A program made the position numbers and the translations under genes. The notes beneath the pieces were generated by a model. That model was not told where the DNA came from and did not search any database. It saw only the letters and a program-made list of their open reading frames with translations. Below, one piece after another: positions 27,751 through 41,163 of a stretch of DNA of 64,000 nucleotides. This DNA is from Nageia nagi (taxonomy: Eukaryota > Plantae > Pinophyta): NCBI GenBank assembly GCA_050084985.1, contig JBITNC010000001.1:189472001-189536000 (forward strand). Direction: 5' to 3'. Positions within the stretch are counted from its first letter, which is position 1. Each line of letters opens with the position of its first letter.

Positions 27751-28760
27751 TATCCATTTATTATTAATTTTATATAAGGTTTTATTATCATGCATGTTTT
27801 TATAGTAGGTGACTATGAGTTTGGCTTGGCATCTCTATGATGACTTATAATACATCACTTGATCAATATTCTTAGATGATATATTTTTATTCCTATATCT
27901 TGTGGTGTATTGAACCCTCATATTATTTAAAATGCATCTAACTAATCTAGTATATATGAGTTTCTTATAACATGTAGGTTACTTAATATTGATGAATGCA
28001 AGCTCATGTAAGTTATCCATGTTGATAGGATTGTTGATGGATACTTCTTCATTTATGTGATAAGTTTATTGATGGATACCTTCTTTATCTAGGTGACAAT
28101 ATTTTTGGTGGATACCATTGCAACCATTTGAGGTTAATAGATTTTCTATTAAACCATTTTTTTGAAATGGTTAAAATAGTTGATCAATACTTTTTTTTTC
28201 CATTTCAACAATAATTGGTTGATGGATTTTGTATAAAACCATTTTTTTAAATGGTTAAGTTGTATAATTTATTTCATTAGTTCACATTTCAAAGTATACA
28301 TTAAGGGGGATAACCTTCGTTTATTTCTTCAATATAATATTGCATTAAGGGAGAGTGTTGGAATGTATAATGAAATATTGAGTAATTATTACTTAATTAA
28401 TATTTAACATATTAATAAAAAATTATTAATAATCTTAAACATTAATATAACATTAGTCATGTTGATCTATTTATTTATTGTAATAGATTGGTTTGATTGA
28501 ATAAATATATGTAGGTAAATATTTTCTTACTCCCAAAGGTTAAATTATGACCTCTTATATCAAAATTGCACCAACTTCTATATTCAAGATATCATATTAA
28601 ATGACAAATAGTTTACTAAAATCTAGTATTGTTAAAACTAGAGTTGAATACAAGGCCTCTTATAGGGTGTTAAATGCCTTAATAGTTATTTCTATCTATG
28701 TTAAGGTTTACTTTTTTATAAATATATTATGAAGTGTCTCAATTTTTTGTAGCCCATTAT
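27751..28760 (+). mobile_element. Continuation of the copia host element: 3' non-coding region, PPT and start of 3' LTR at 28356
   Basis: GCATTAAGGGAGAG|TGTTGG at 28342-28361 is a typical copia PPT/LTR junction; right boundary uncertain. Confidence 0.55.
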
Positions 28761-28769
28761 AAACATTAT

Positions 28770-30075
28770 GTACTAACACGTAAGTCCCGAAATTTCCCTA
28801 ATACATTTAAGTTTTTTTATAAGTGGCTATTCCTACATTTCATTAATTCTTATGAGATTAATTTTCACTCTTGTTCATATAATATGGCCAAAATACTCTA
28901 GTTTTATTACTCAAAAAGAATATTTATATTTCTTGATAAAAAATTATTTTTATTTTTCAAAATTTATGAAACTTATTCTATATATCATCAATAATATTTC
29001 CAAGTGATAAATTGATTTTAAAAGATCAAATTGAGCCTCTTGAAGGTCCAAACATGTTCCATATGTCTACTTACTCTATGGGATCAAAATGCATTTATTT
29101 TACATAATATGAAACAATTAAACTATGTATATTATAGAAATGTTATTCCATATCACATGTGTTCCAATGTAAGACACATGCCTTTTAGAAAAATGATAAG
29201 AAATTATTGAAAATTTTATTTTGAAAATTATTACCTCTGAAAGTTGAGAATATTTTATAGGAAAATTATAAGGATAACAAGAAAATATGCATAATGTTAT
29301 AACTAAAAAAATAATTATTGGTTAATTATTAGGGTTAATTATGATATTGAATTACAACCAATAATAGCAAAATCAATAAAAATCTCAGTCCTATTATTGA
29401 CTAAAGAAATCTAATATGAATATGAAAATAATCCAAGATGCTCAATTAACCTTAACCTATCAAATCTAAATTCAAATGAACTTACAAACCTGTTACTTTA
29501 CCTATCGCAAGGATGGTAGCTCACACCTAGCTCATAGAAGTAAATGATGAACTATTCCCATGAATGGGACTACCAAACCTAACCTTTATAGAGCATCACC
29601 ACTTGATGTCCTACATAAAAACTATTAGAACCTTCAATCATCATCAAGGATTCCTCTGTAAAGCTAGATTTCTTATGCATAGTGAATTTAAAGATTATAA
29701 GAATGTAGTATTCATGAAGTATAACAAAATCTAGATATTATAGGTTGAATTGAACAACATCAATTAAGAGTATTTCTATTACAACCTATCAAGGATCTAG
29801 ATTATGTCATAATACATGATGCACAACCCTTAACTTCCTTTATAGAAAATAGGTCTAATGCAAAGGCTCCTCCTTGTGCTTATAAAGTTCTAATGCCAAG
29901 ATACCTTCTTAGGCTTATCTCTAGGTCAACTTGTTTCCATAAAACATAAAGGTAGTAAGAGTGCATAATACTCAAAATAACAATAAATCATTTAAATAAA
30001 AATTAATTATATACCTAAAAGGGTATTTTAATTAAATTAAAATTCTTTTCTAGGTGTTAACAAATGCCCCACTTT
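28770..30075 (-). mobile_element. Probable 3' LTR plus PPT of a Tat/Ogre-like element
   Basis: Minus strand AAAGTGGGGCATT|TGTTAACACC at 30075-30053; left boundary not resolved. Confidence 0.45.
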
Positions 30076-30549
30076 GGATATGTTTTGATACTTTTGAAAT
30101 AAAAGGAAATCAAAGCATAATTCAAAGTGTAATAAAGACCAAGTAAGAAAATACTACCTCAATTTTATCTTTATGATGATAGCTTGGATACCCCAATTTT
30201 TACCAACATTTTGTCCCCTCTTTGGCTTGGTTGTGAACATGATAGATCTCTCCTCATGGAAATAACCCAAGATAAAGACTAAGGAACCTACAAGTATCTC
30301 AAATATAAAACTTTTTTCTACATATAGTATCTCAAATATAGACATTAAATTTTAAATGTATATAATTTAGTGAAAGAAATCAAACTTTTCCTTGATGGCT
30401 TACCCACCAAGGTTTGCCTCATCTTGCTTAATAAAATATTGCCTCTCCTTATCAAAAAGTACTTTCTACCTCAACTTACTGAAGATGGTTTACTAGTAAA
30501 TTATCTCTTGTAAGTGATGGACCTCTCATCACTACTCTCATTAAGAAAC

Positions 30550-31290
30550 CACTACTACAACAAAGGGAAATAGCATCTATGAGGGCATTATTTCCCTTTG
30601 TTTTTATTTTTTATTTTTTTCATCGTAGATCAATGCTAAATGATATGTCATAGTGGGCATCAATTTGGGCATCTCTCATAAGGATCTACATAGCATATTT
30701 TTGAAATCTCATATGGTGTTATTTACATTTATCGTAGATTCTATTATTGTGTCCCCACTTATTTCTCTTAGATTCCAATTTGACATTTCATATAGAATCT
30801 CTTATAGAGTTGCTTTGAGTCTCATATAGCGTATCTCATGTCACCATTTTGCATGCAATATGGCATCCCATAAGGAATCATTTATACCATCATGATTAGC
30901 ATCATAGATAGTATCTCAAATAGCATCTAATATTGCATCTAATATAACACCTCCTATAGCATCATTAGTGGCACCTTTTTCAATCTCCCTCCTATAGCAT
31001 CTCTTATAGAGTCATTAATGGCATCTTTTTCCATCGCATATATAGTATCCTATAGCATTGTTTGTGGCATCCTTTTGAGTCTCTTATAGCATCTCTTATA
31101 GAGTCAGTAATGGCATCCTTTTCCATTGTATATAGAGTCTCCTATAGCATATTTAGTGTCATTCTTTTCAGTATCTTATAGCATCTCTTGTAGATTCATT
31201 AGTGACATCCTTTTCTATATCATATAGACTCTATTATAGCATTGCTACTTGCATCATTTAACATCTTATATAGTATCTATTATAAAGTCT
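30550..31290. mobile_element. Candidate CACTA terminus with subterminal repeat array
   Basis: CACTACTACAACAAAGG at 30550, then many CTCTTATAGCATC / TGGCATCCTTTT units (~40-50 bp period) at 30640-31290; no partner TIR found. Confidence 0.45.
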
Positions 31291-31504
31291 TATATAGAAC
31301 ACAGTATAAATAGATTTGATGTCTACGATATATATATATATATTATTTATTAATTTATGATTGACTAATTTATTACTTAATTTATTTATGTATTATTTAT
31401 TTAATTATTTATTAAATTATTTATTATCAGATTAATATTTAAATTATTATTTAGTTTATTATTATTTATTTAGTTTAGTTTAGTTGAAAATGATTTTTCA
31501 TCTT

Positions 31505-31745
31505 AAAAAATGGGTCACCATAGTCATGTAAGAAGTTGGACAATGGAACAACATAGTCATGCAACTTGTTGGACAATGGATCACTGTAGTCATGCAAGAA
31601 GTTGGACAATGGAAACCAATAAGCCTCACATAAGTATGATGAGGCATTGAATAATGGGCCATCATAGTCATGCAACAAGTTGAAAAATGGGTCACCATAG
31701 CTGAAACCAGTAAGCCTCACATAAGTATAATCAGAATGGACAATT
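31505..31745. repeat. 33-bp minisatellite
   Basis: GGACAATGG..CA..(A/G)TAGTCATGCAA.(A/T).GTT units, producing the 11-aa periodic ORF 31475-31813. Confidence 0.8.
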
Positions 31746-32219
31746 ACTTCACATGTCATATCATAGATAGATGGAGCTTTTCTATATTGATCATATTTTA
31801 ATGTATAGATCATGTTTCTTTGGACTATTGATAGGAAACATGATCATACGATCAATATGAGATTCATGAGGTGGTGGTACCTTGGGAGTAATAAAGGTCA
31901 TCTAAAGTTATGCATTGGTATTTTCATCAACTATTTCTTGAATATACTTACCTATAAGCTCCTTCTAAGAATTCAATGCTAGGCTAGAAGAGGTTAGAAC
32001 CTAGAAATAAGGTAAATTTTAAGATCCCTCCTGTAAAAGTGACCTATAAAATCTAGGTGAAGCTACTTAAAACTTGATTAGAAATGATTGTTAAATTAAC
32101 TATAAAAATAAATTTACTATGTAAATTGGTAGGTAAATTTTATATAAAATTTAAAAAAAAAAAGATGTAAAAAATTGGTAAAAAAAAATTCAAATCATTC
32201 AAAACTTATTGCATATCAA

Positions 32220-33090
32220 AATGGGTGTAAATATTATTCATTTACTTTTTAGAAATGCACTTCATTTATACATTTCTTATGTAAATGTAGTATATTTATC
32301 TTTTTTTTTTAAAGAATTTTGCAAGTTCTAGTGTAAGCATAACTTTCTAGACCAATTTGGGTGTAAACACTATTCATTTACTTTTTGTAAATGCACTTCA
32401 TTTATATATTACTAGTGTAAACATAGTTTTTTTATCCATTTTTTATTATAAATAATTTTACATTTTTGGTTGTAAATGTAGTTTATTTAAACTAGTTTGG
32501 AAGTAAACATTTCTTGTTTATGTGTAAGTGCATTTAGTTTATACATGGATTTTTTGTACCAATGGTAGATTTGGAGGATTTGAAGCAGATGAAGAATGGA
32601 GATTTTAGACCGGATATAATGAGGGAGGTTCATGACTAGTTGTAGAACATAAGCAATTAAACTTGTTGTAGATTAATATAGGTGTAAAGTTAACATTGTA
32701 TAAACCCATTTCTTTTATACATTGTTAGTGCAAAGTAGTTATTTTATACATTTTTTGTTATAAATAATTTGAAAATTTTGGGTGTAAACACAGTTCATTT
32801 AGACCAATTTGGGTATAAATTTTATTAGTTTACTTTACGTAAATGTACTTCATTTATACGCTAATGTAAATTCAATTCATTTATCCATTTTTTTATTATA
32901 AATAATTTTGCATGTTCAGATATAAAGACAATTTATTTATATATGGAGGTTTCATATTGATGGTAGATTTTAAGGATCTGAACTAAATGTAAGAATGGAT
33001 ATTTTGAACTAAATGCAATGAGGGATACTCCAAATTGGTTATAGATCCTGAATTGCTAAAATTATTATAGATCAAAATGGTGCAAGTTAG
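32220..33090. repeat. Degenerate ~400-bp tandem duplication with internal TGTAAA/TCATTTAT subrepeats
   Basis: ATGGTAGATTT..AGGAT.TGAA...AAGAATGGA.ATTTT at 32562 and 32960. Confidence 0.7.
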
Positions 33091-34939
33091 TTGGAATATT
33101 ATAATACCTCATGACTAAGAAAAGATTGATATTCTACTAGATCAAAAAATAAGTATAAATTTTTAGCTTCTTGTATGATGTGATGAAACGATGGTATGGG
33201 ATGGGATTTGTATATGTATGTATATACTAACCTATAGGTGGCTATTTTAGTGAGATTAATTTTATTATTTTTTTTATTTTAAGGAAAAAGTATACCAAAT
33301 AGAGTTAAAATCAAAGGATAATCTATTTCAAATATTTAAAAATACTTGTAGAACTGTTGGCTATAATGATCAATAATTAAAAAAAAAAAAACTTATCAAA
33401 TTTTGGCATTAATATGGGAACGATTATGGGTTATACTAGCTAAATAAAAAATTATAAATCCCAAATTATAGCCACAATTATCCAATTAGTCCACTAAAAT
33501 TTTCCCTTCCTAAAAATGGGGAAGTGTTTAGGGAATACCTAGCAGTTTGGTATATTCTTTGCAATGGTGGTATCTATGGATTCATTGATTTGCTTTAGGG
33601 TAATAATGAAAATTGGTGTCAATAGGTAGTGGACTCATGGGATGAAGGTTGAGTAACCATAGATGGGAAATAATTCACTATTATTTCAAGTTTGATTACA
33701 ACAACTACGAGCATGGTAAATGAAGGAATTTGACACTCTAGGGATGTGTGGACTTCATAGAAAGACATAAAAAACTTTCTTAATGTGGTGGAACTTATGT
33801 CAACTAAGTGGAAGTCAAATTATTTGGTTAACTCCCTATATTATCCATGGAATAGTGTGGTGGTTGCTCTATGTAAGCTTTTCACTCTAGAAGGGCATCA
33901 TTCTGATGTGGGGGCCTACCATTTCATGTTGATGGATCATTTTCGAGGTAAGCTTCATGTAAATTTTTATTTTTTCCTATATCAGTCTTTATATTCTTAT
34001 GTTCATAGGAATAAAGGGTAAATATTTATTCACCAAGGCCTTATCAAAATCTTGGTAGGCTTTGCCCATAGTAGGGTCCAAATTGTAGCCCCTCTAAGAC
34101 AAATTCCATTGATTCCCCACCCACCACCTCAACCACCTTTGCCTCATCCACCTCCACTACCCTCTCTTAACCTACCTCCCCCATCACCTCCTCAAGCTAA
34201 CCTTCCATATGCTATTTAATTATCCCATTCATCCCTATTCTCACCCTCTATTACCCCTTCTACATATGGTGATCATTTCCTCTAATTCAAAGGAGTCAAT
34301 TAAGAAGTGGCAAAAGTCCTAGCCTCCTTGGGTAAGTTCAAAATCAAATCATAATTCCAATGAAAGAACCATATTAGAATATTGTTTTATAATACTCTAA
34401 GGACCACCCTAAGGAGATGCAAAGAACGAAGAATAAATAAAGTTTAGCTACTTTCTTCCCACATAGGTAGGATTCATAGCTATAAATTTTTGGAGATCTC
34501 ATGTAGTACATCAAACTATTAAGCACATTTATGATGAAGAGTGAGATTCAAGAGAAACACTATAGAAGTTAAATAGAATGAGAACTACCATCAAGATACT
34601 ACTAGAGGGTATCCCATTAACTAATAATCCTAAATCAAAAGAGAACATAATCAAGGCTAGATGGGATTTCTTGGATAAAATCAAGACTACTATGGTTAAG
34701 GAAAGATAAATCATGGAGATGGATACTTTTACATATGTTACTTATCCATACTCTTTTTTTGGTTATCGTATATGGTTAGATACTCATTTTGAGTGTGGAA
34801 GTGAGATGTAGGCTACTATAGTTTCTCACATACTAAATGGTATATCATTATGAATTTTTTGTAAAAAAAGTTTTTTGGGCCCTGTATAAAAAACCATTGT
34901 TAATTTATAAATTTAGCTTTTATTAAAAAATAATTTTTC

Positions 34940-36335
34940 ATCAATTATTATGGTCTTGAATGCTTTGATAGAAATGTATGCAAAATATGGAAGAATAGAA
35001 AAGGCCCAAGAATTGTTTGATAAGATGCATGTTGCAAAAATAGTTTCATGGATTGTAATGATTAGAGGATATGTAGTTCATGCCTACAACAAGGATTACC
35101 TTAAGCTATTTGGTTTTATGAAGCACTTGGTAACCAACCCTAACATCATAACCTTTGTATGTGTTCCACTTGCATGCAACCATGCAAGTCTGGTGGATAA
35201 GGGCTGTAAATACATTAAAGTTAAAACATGGTCTAATTCTAGCCAAAATAATCCTAGTATTTTTATCCATAGATAGTGCAAATTTTGCATCATCCTATAA
35301 AGAAATTACTACGTAGAATTTGGGCCCACATGATTGATGTAAATATGGGCATAAGATAATATAATGATTCTAAATAAAATGAATGCACAAATTGATAAAG
35401 GTAAGAGAAAAGTACAATTAAGAGTTTCTTTTCTCCCTTTATACCTTTGTACTAGGTTACTTGTAAGCTCTTCTCTAATGATGAAGGCAAGAGAAAAGTA
35501 CAACTAAGAGTATTAAAAATAAGGCTTTCACAAGTACCCCATCAATATAGATTACCAATTACATTTACTTGATAATATGATGTCAATAATCAATAATAAT
35601 ATCTATTAGTACAAATATTTAATATCAACACTTTATAAAATAATGAAATGAAACATGGTTTCTTTTCTATCTAAAAGCATATACCATGTCATTATGCAAG
35701 ACTATTTATATATTCCATTACTTTGCTTTCACCAATAATTTCCATAATAATATTCTCCATGTTTAAAATGATGGAATCAATTCACATCCCTCACAACAAT
35801 GTCCCTTGTAATAAACTTAGAGATAAACTTGATCGCAGTATGGTATTCATTGCATACTTAAAGGTTCTTCACAACTCCAATAGTGGTTCCAAGGGCATTC
35901 ATTAAAAATCCAAATGCAATTATGAACTTTTCACTATGCTAGCAGAGAAATAATTATTTATTTTTAGCCTCCACATCATGCAACATAGGTATTGTATTTG
36001 GAATATATCTCTTTGCATTATTGACCTTATTGGTAGAATAGGATGTATTGAGGAAGCTTTGAACTTCATTGTCAAGATTCCCATAAAACCCAAAATTGAA
36101 GTGTGGAGGTGTCTACTTGGTGCTTGTAGATCATATAAAAATTTAGGAATAGGATAGACATGTATGCAAAATATGTAAGAATAGATAAGGCCTAAGAATT
36201 ATTTGATAAGATGCATATTGCAAACACAATTTTATGGATCGCAATGATTAGAGGGTATGCAGTTCATGCCTACAAATAGAATTCCCTTAAAATCTTTAGT
36301 TTAATGAAGCACTTGGTAATAAACCCTAATATACA
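34940..36335 (+). pseudogene. PLS-class PPR gene fragments (S-P2-L2, S2-E1, then S-P2 again) split by AT-rich DNA
   Basis: NALIEMYAKYGRIEKAQELFDKM..VSWIVMIRGY..ITFVCVPLACNHASLVDKGCKY; 36013-36153 CIIDLIGRIGCIEEALNFIVKIPIKPKIEVWRCLLGACRSY. Confidence 0.9.
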
Positions 36336-36479
36336 TTCTAAATACACCATTGAAATCGCATGCAACATATTTAAAGCACTAAACTTTGAACACATCCACA
36401 TTATTATCATCGTCAAAATATCATCAAAATATATTAATCATATCCATAAATTAATATAATAAAGTCACTATCAGGGTAT

Positions 36480-38270
36480 AAAAATATCATCATAAGTTCA
36501 TCAAAGTATCCATATCTTTAATTAGCCTTAGGCTCACCATTAGGAAATCTAAGGTGATCATTCTATTGGTCACTAAGATCATCATCATCATCATCATCAT
36601 CACCATGTTAATGAATAACAACATGAGTACCAATTTCAAGGGGACCATGAGCAAAAGCATTATCAAGGGCACCATCATCACTAGAAACATCTCCTATCAA
36701 CACTTGCAAATAATCCAAAAAAATGTTAGTAAAAATAAAAACTATTAAATTGTATGCATACTAATTTATGGCTAAAATAAAAGTAGTAATCACTTACTCT
36801 ATTATCCACAAAATGTTATAACTTTTCCCACCCCTCGTGGACATCGTAATCCAATTATCCATTTATTGGTTTATGATTATATGTTTCCACCTACAAAAAA
36901 GTAATGGTGTGGGTTAGTGATAAGATGAACCACTTGGAACCAACTCTAAGAGTCTTGCACAATGACATGTTGCATGCTTTTAGGTAGAAATAAAACTAAA
37001 ATATTATTAGCAAAATGGGTAGCTAGGATGATACTCACAAAGAGGCCTTCAATCCTCTATTTTCCTATGCTTTTAGAATGGAGTGGATTAAATTTTCTTG
37101 ATGCTTTGAAGTGAGAATGAGATGCAAGATCTTGTGGTGATTCTTCTTCGAGACTCCTAGTATAGTGTTCTTCTTTTTCCTCCACTCTCTTCACCAAATT
37201 CATGTATACTTCCTTGAAAATAGTGGATTTTCTTTTTGTAATGGAATGTTTCTTAGGTGGAACTATTTTAATCCCCTATATCACTTTGTTCCTTTTCCTC
37301 TTGATGCTCATAGGCATATATTTCAACATTTATTTGATGCTCCATTTATCTCTGAATTGTCCTTAAAATTGGAAGATCAATCTATTTTTTACTACAAGTA
37401 CATACTAATAAAAAATTAGTTTCAATTTTTTAGCATATAAGTGTACAAGGTAATACACTATTGTTAATAAAATATAATTAAATTTACATACCTTTCTTAC
37501 TATGATTTCTCCATGGTTTATCCAATGTCTTCTAAAAATTAGTGCAAGTGGCATTCCTAATTGCTTTAGCAAATAGGAGCCTTGAATAATAACCATTTCA
37601 AACATTAGTAAACTAATAGAGTGCAAAATTGTATATAGAAAATTTATTTCTATGGTGATAAAATTTTACTAGATTCATCGAAAAGAACTTCACTATCGGG
37701 TTTCACTTTAATCTCAATTCCTTGTGATCCAATGCAAGTGATGTATTTTGGAGGTTACTTTACTAAAGTTATAGTTTCTTAATTTACTAAGATATATTAG
37801 ATACAATGTAATATTAATAATATAATAAACATAATATTTTTTTAATAATTTATTAGAACATAATAATTCAAATTAAAAAAAGGAACTTATCACGGTGGCT
37901 AGACCCCTTTGAATGATGTCCTCATCTACATCATCATCACCCTTGATGGCTTTTGCTAACCGTTTTTGTGCATCAGGGGGAAAATTCCTCATGCCTTATA
38001 TAAATTTTTTAAAGCTTTCAAACTACAAAAACTTAAAAAAAAAATTATATGCCTTATGAAATGAAAATCATAAAATAAATAACATTAATATTATGTTAAT
38101 AATTTAAAACATATTGATACTTACCCACTTGGAACCAAATTTTTCATTAGTAGTCCTTTCACTAGTACTTTCATTTCTTATTTCAATAGTTCATCTTCTC
38201 TTTTGATTCTTTGTACTGTATGTCTCTATAAGTTGGTCCATCATGATGATGGCTACTAAAGAGAAAATAA
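36480..38270 (-). pseudogene. Degenerate multi-exon gene, possibly CACTA TnpA/ORF2-like
   Basis: Coding-like acidic and K-rich blocks alternate with AT-rich blocks carrying minus-strand donors (GGTAAGT ~38125, GGTATG ~37492, GTGAGT ~37038) and TTTTGTAG acceptors; no diagnostic motif recognised. Confidence 0.35.
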
Positions 38271-38274
38271 CAAA

Positions 38275-41163
38275 TATATGTGAGTCTATCTTAAATATCA
38301 TGAGTGAATCTTTTTGCATTATTCCTAGGATGAATCATTACACATGTATTGTTGAACTTCTTTCCCATGTAGGCTTTCTTAAGGAAGCTTTGAAATTCAT
38401 TGCCAATATGCATGATGCAGTTATAGTTTCATGGACTATAGTGACTGGTAGCTAGATATGAACAAAATATGGAAGCATAGAGAAGGTATACAAATTGTTT
38501 GATAAGATGCATGATGTAGACATAATTTTATGGAATGTAATGATCACAGGATATGCATAAAATTAGTTTTCTAAAAAGGATCTATAGAATTTTAAGTAGA
38601 CGTAATTGTCAAATATAAAGCCACAATTTGTAACCTTTGCTAGCATTTTTCCAAAAAGGATTCCCTTAATTTATTTGATCTGTTGAAGTACTTGGGGACC
38701 ACCCATGATAGAATAACCTTTGTATGTGTTCTACTCACATGCATCCATGTAGGTCTAGTGGATGAGGGTTGTAAATACTTAAATAACATAAGTGAATCTT
38801 ATTTTATTATTCCAATGATAAATCATTACACATGCATTTTTGACCTTTTTTTTCATGCAAGCTATCTTAAGGAATTATTTGATAAGATGCATAATGCAAA
38901 CATAGTTTTATGGAATGTAATGATCACAAGATATGCACAAAATGTGTTTTATAAAAAGGCTCTAGATACTATTAAGTAGATGCAATTATTAAATGTAAAG
39001 CCAAACTCTATAACCTTTTCCAGTAATCTTCCAGCATGTGCCACCATAATATCTCTATAAGAAGGTATGGACATCTGTTAGAGAGTAGTTGAAAATGGTT
39101 TTGTAGCAAATGTGGTGGTTGTGAATACCTTGATAGGCATGTATGAAAAATGTGTAAGCATAGAGAAGGCTCCTAAATTGTTTGATAAGATGCATAATAT
39201 AAACATTATTTCATGGAATGCAATGATCATAGGATATGCACAAAATGTGTTTTTTTAAAGGCTCTAGATACTTTTAAGTAGATGCAATTGTAAGATGTAA
39301 AGCCAAAGTCTGTAACCTTTGCTAGCATTCTTATAGCATGTGCTACCAAAGGAGATTTATAAGAAGGCATGCACATCTTTCAAAGAGTAGTTGAAAATGG
39401 TTTTGCATCAAATATTATGGTTGTGAATTCCTTGATAGTCATGTATGCAAAATGTGGAAGCATAGAGAAGTCTCTTGAATTGTTTGATAAGATGCATAAT
39501 GAAAATACAATTTCATGAAATGCAATGATCATAAGATATGCACAACAAGTGTTTTTTGAAAAGGATTTGGAGACTTTTAAGCATATGTAATTGTCAAGTG
39601 TAAAACTGGATTCTATAACCTTTACCAACATTCTTACAGCATGTGCTAGAGATCTCGAATGTAATGATTATGATATACAATTCATGACTACAACAAGGAT
39701 GCCCTTTAAATTTGATAAGATGAAGCACTTAGAACCAAATCTAATAGCATGACCTTTATATGTGCTCAAATTACATGAAGCATTATTCCTAAGATGAATC
39801 ATTATACATACATTCTTGACCTTCTTGGTCATGTAGCCTATCTTGAAGGCACTTTGAACTTCATTTTTAAGATGCCCATAAGACCTGAGTTGGATGTGTG
39901 GATGTGTCTGCTTGGTGCTTATATATCACATAACAATGGGATAAAAATTTGTGGAAATAAACCTTTTTTTCTAGATCCTAAATATATTCCATCTTATATT
40001 CTTCTTTGAAATATTTATGCTTAAGTGGATAGTTGGGATAATGTTTAAAGAGAAAGGACATTGATGAAAGATAGAGGAATCAAGAATACACCTTAATGTA
40101 GTTGGGCTAAAGTTGAAGAAAGGGTACATGCTTTTCTTATAGGATACATATCACACCCATAAACACGACAACCAAGTTTATCTCCAATTTTATTTTTTCA
40201 ATAAGTGTTATTATTAAATATATACACAAATAGATAATGTTGTTATTAAATATTTTTCTAATACGTGCTCTTTCAAATATTTATGTTGAAATGGGCAGTT
40301 GGGATGATGTTTAAAGAGTTAGGATATTCATGACATATAGAGCAATCAAGAAGACTCCTAGTTGTAGTTGAATTGAAGTTTATGCAATACTTAGGTGTAA
40401 AACCCAACTCTGTAACCTTTTCCAACATTTTTTTGACATGTGCCACTATGGGAGCTCTAGAAAAAGGTATGGATATCATTTAAAGAGTAGTTGGAAATTA
40501 TTTTTCATCAACTATTCTAGTTGTGAATGCTCTAATAGACATGTATGCAAAATTTGGAGGAATAGATAAGGCCTAAAAATTATTTGATAAGATAAATGTT
40601 GGAAATACAGTTTCATGGACTGCAATTGTTAGAGGATATGCAGTTCATGGCTAAGGTAAGGATTCCCTTAAAATATTTTATCTGATGAATCAATTTGGAA
40701 TCAACTATAACAAGATAACCTTTGTATGTGTTCAATTTGCAGGCAACCTTGCGAATGAGGGTTATAAATACTTTAATAGCATGAGTGACTTATTACATTA
40801 TTCTTAGGATGAAATTATACATGCATTGTTGACCTTATTGGTCATGTAGGCTATCTTGAGGAAGCTTTATAATTCATTATCAATATGTCCATAAAATATT
40901 GAAGAGTTTCATAAACTACAATAATTATAGTATATGCATAAGATGGGTTTTCTGAAAAGGCATTAGAGACCTTTAGGCATATGCAATTGTTAGGCATAAA
41001 ATCTTACTCTCTAATGTTTTCCAGCATTCTTTTAGCATGTGCACAATAGGAGCTCTAGAAAAAGGTATGGAAATCCATACAAAATTAATTGAAAATGGTT
41101 TTAAACTTAAATTTGTGGGTATCAATTCCCTAATCAACATGTATGCAAAATGTGGAAGAATCT
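38275..41163 (+). pseudogene. Main PLS-E/E+ PPR pseudogene cluster with internal deletions and duplications
   Basis: Repeated P-L-S triplets, HYTYILDLLGHVAYL..MPIRPELDVWMCLLGAY (S2-E1), *CSWAKVEERVHAFLIGYISHP*T (E2/E+) ending ~40165, second run 40310-41163; many stops; no DYW seen. Confidence 0.93.

Noticed and set aside
31475-31813. 112-aa ORF with PLSNFLHDY repeats
   Set aside because: Translation of the 33-bp tandem repeat; open in two frames.
33560-34730. Pro-rich coding-like stretch, possible gag leader
   Set aside because: Too degenerate; no diagnostic motif, PBS or LTR could be confirmed.
36490-36748. Poly-Met and poly-Ile ORFs
   Set aside because: Alternative frames of a (CAT)n microsatellite.
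38275-41163. Functional PPR/DYW editing factor
   Set aside because: Numerous stops and frameshifts, scrambled motif order and no DYW domain after E+.
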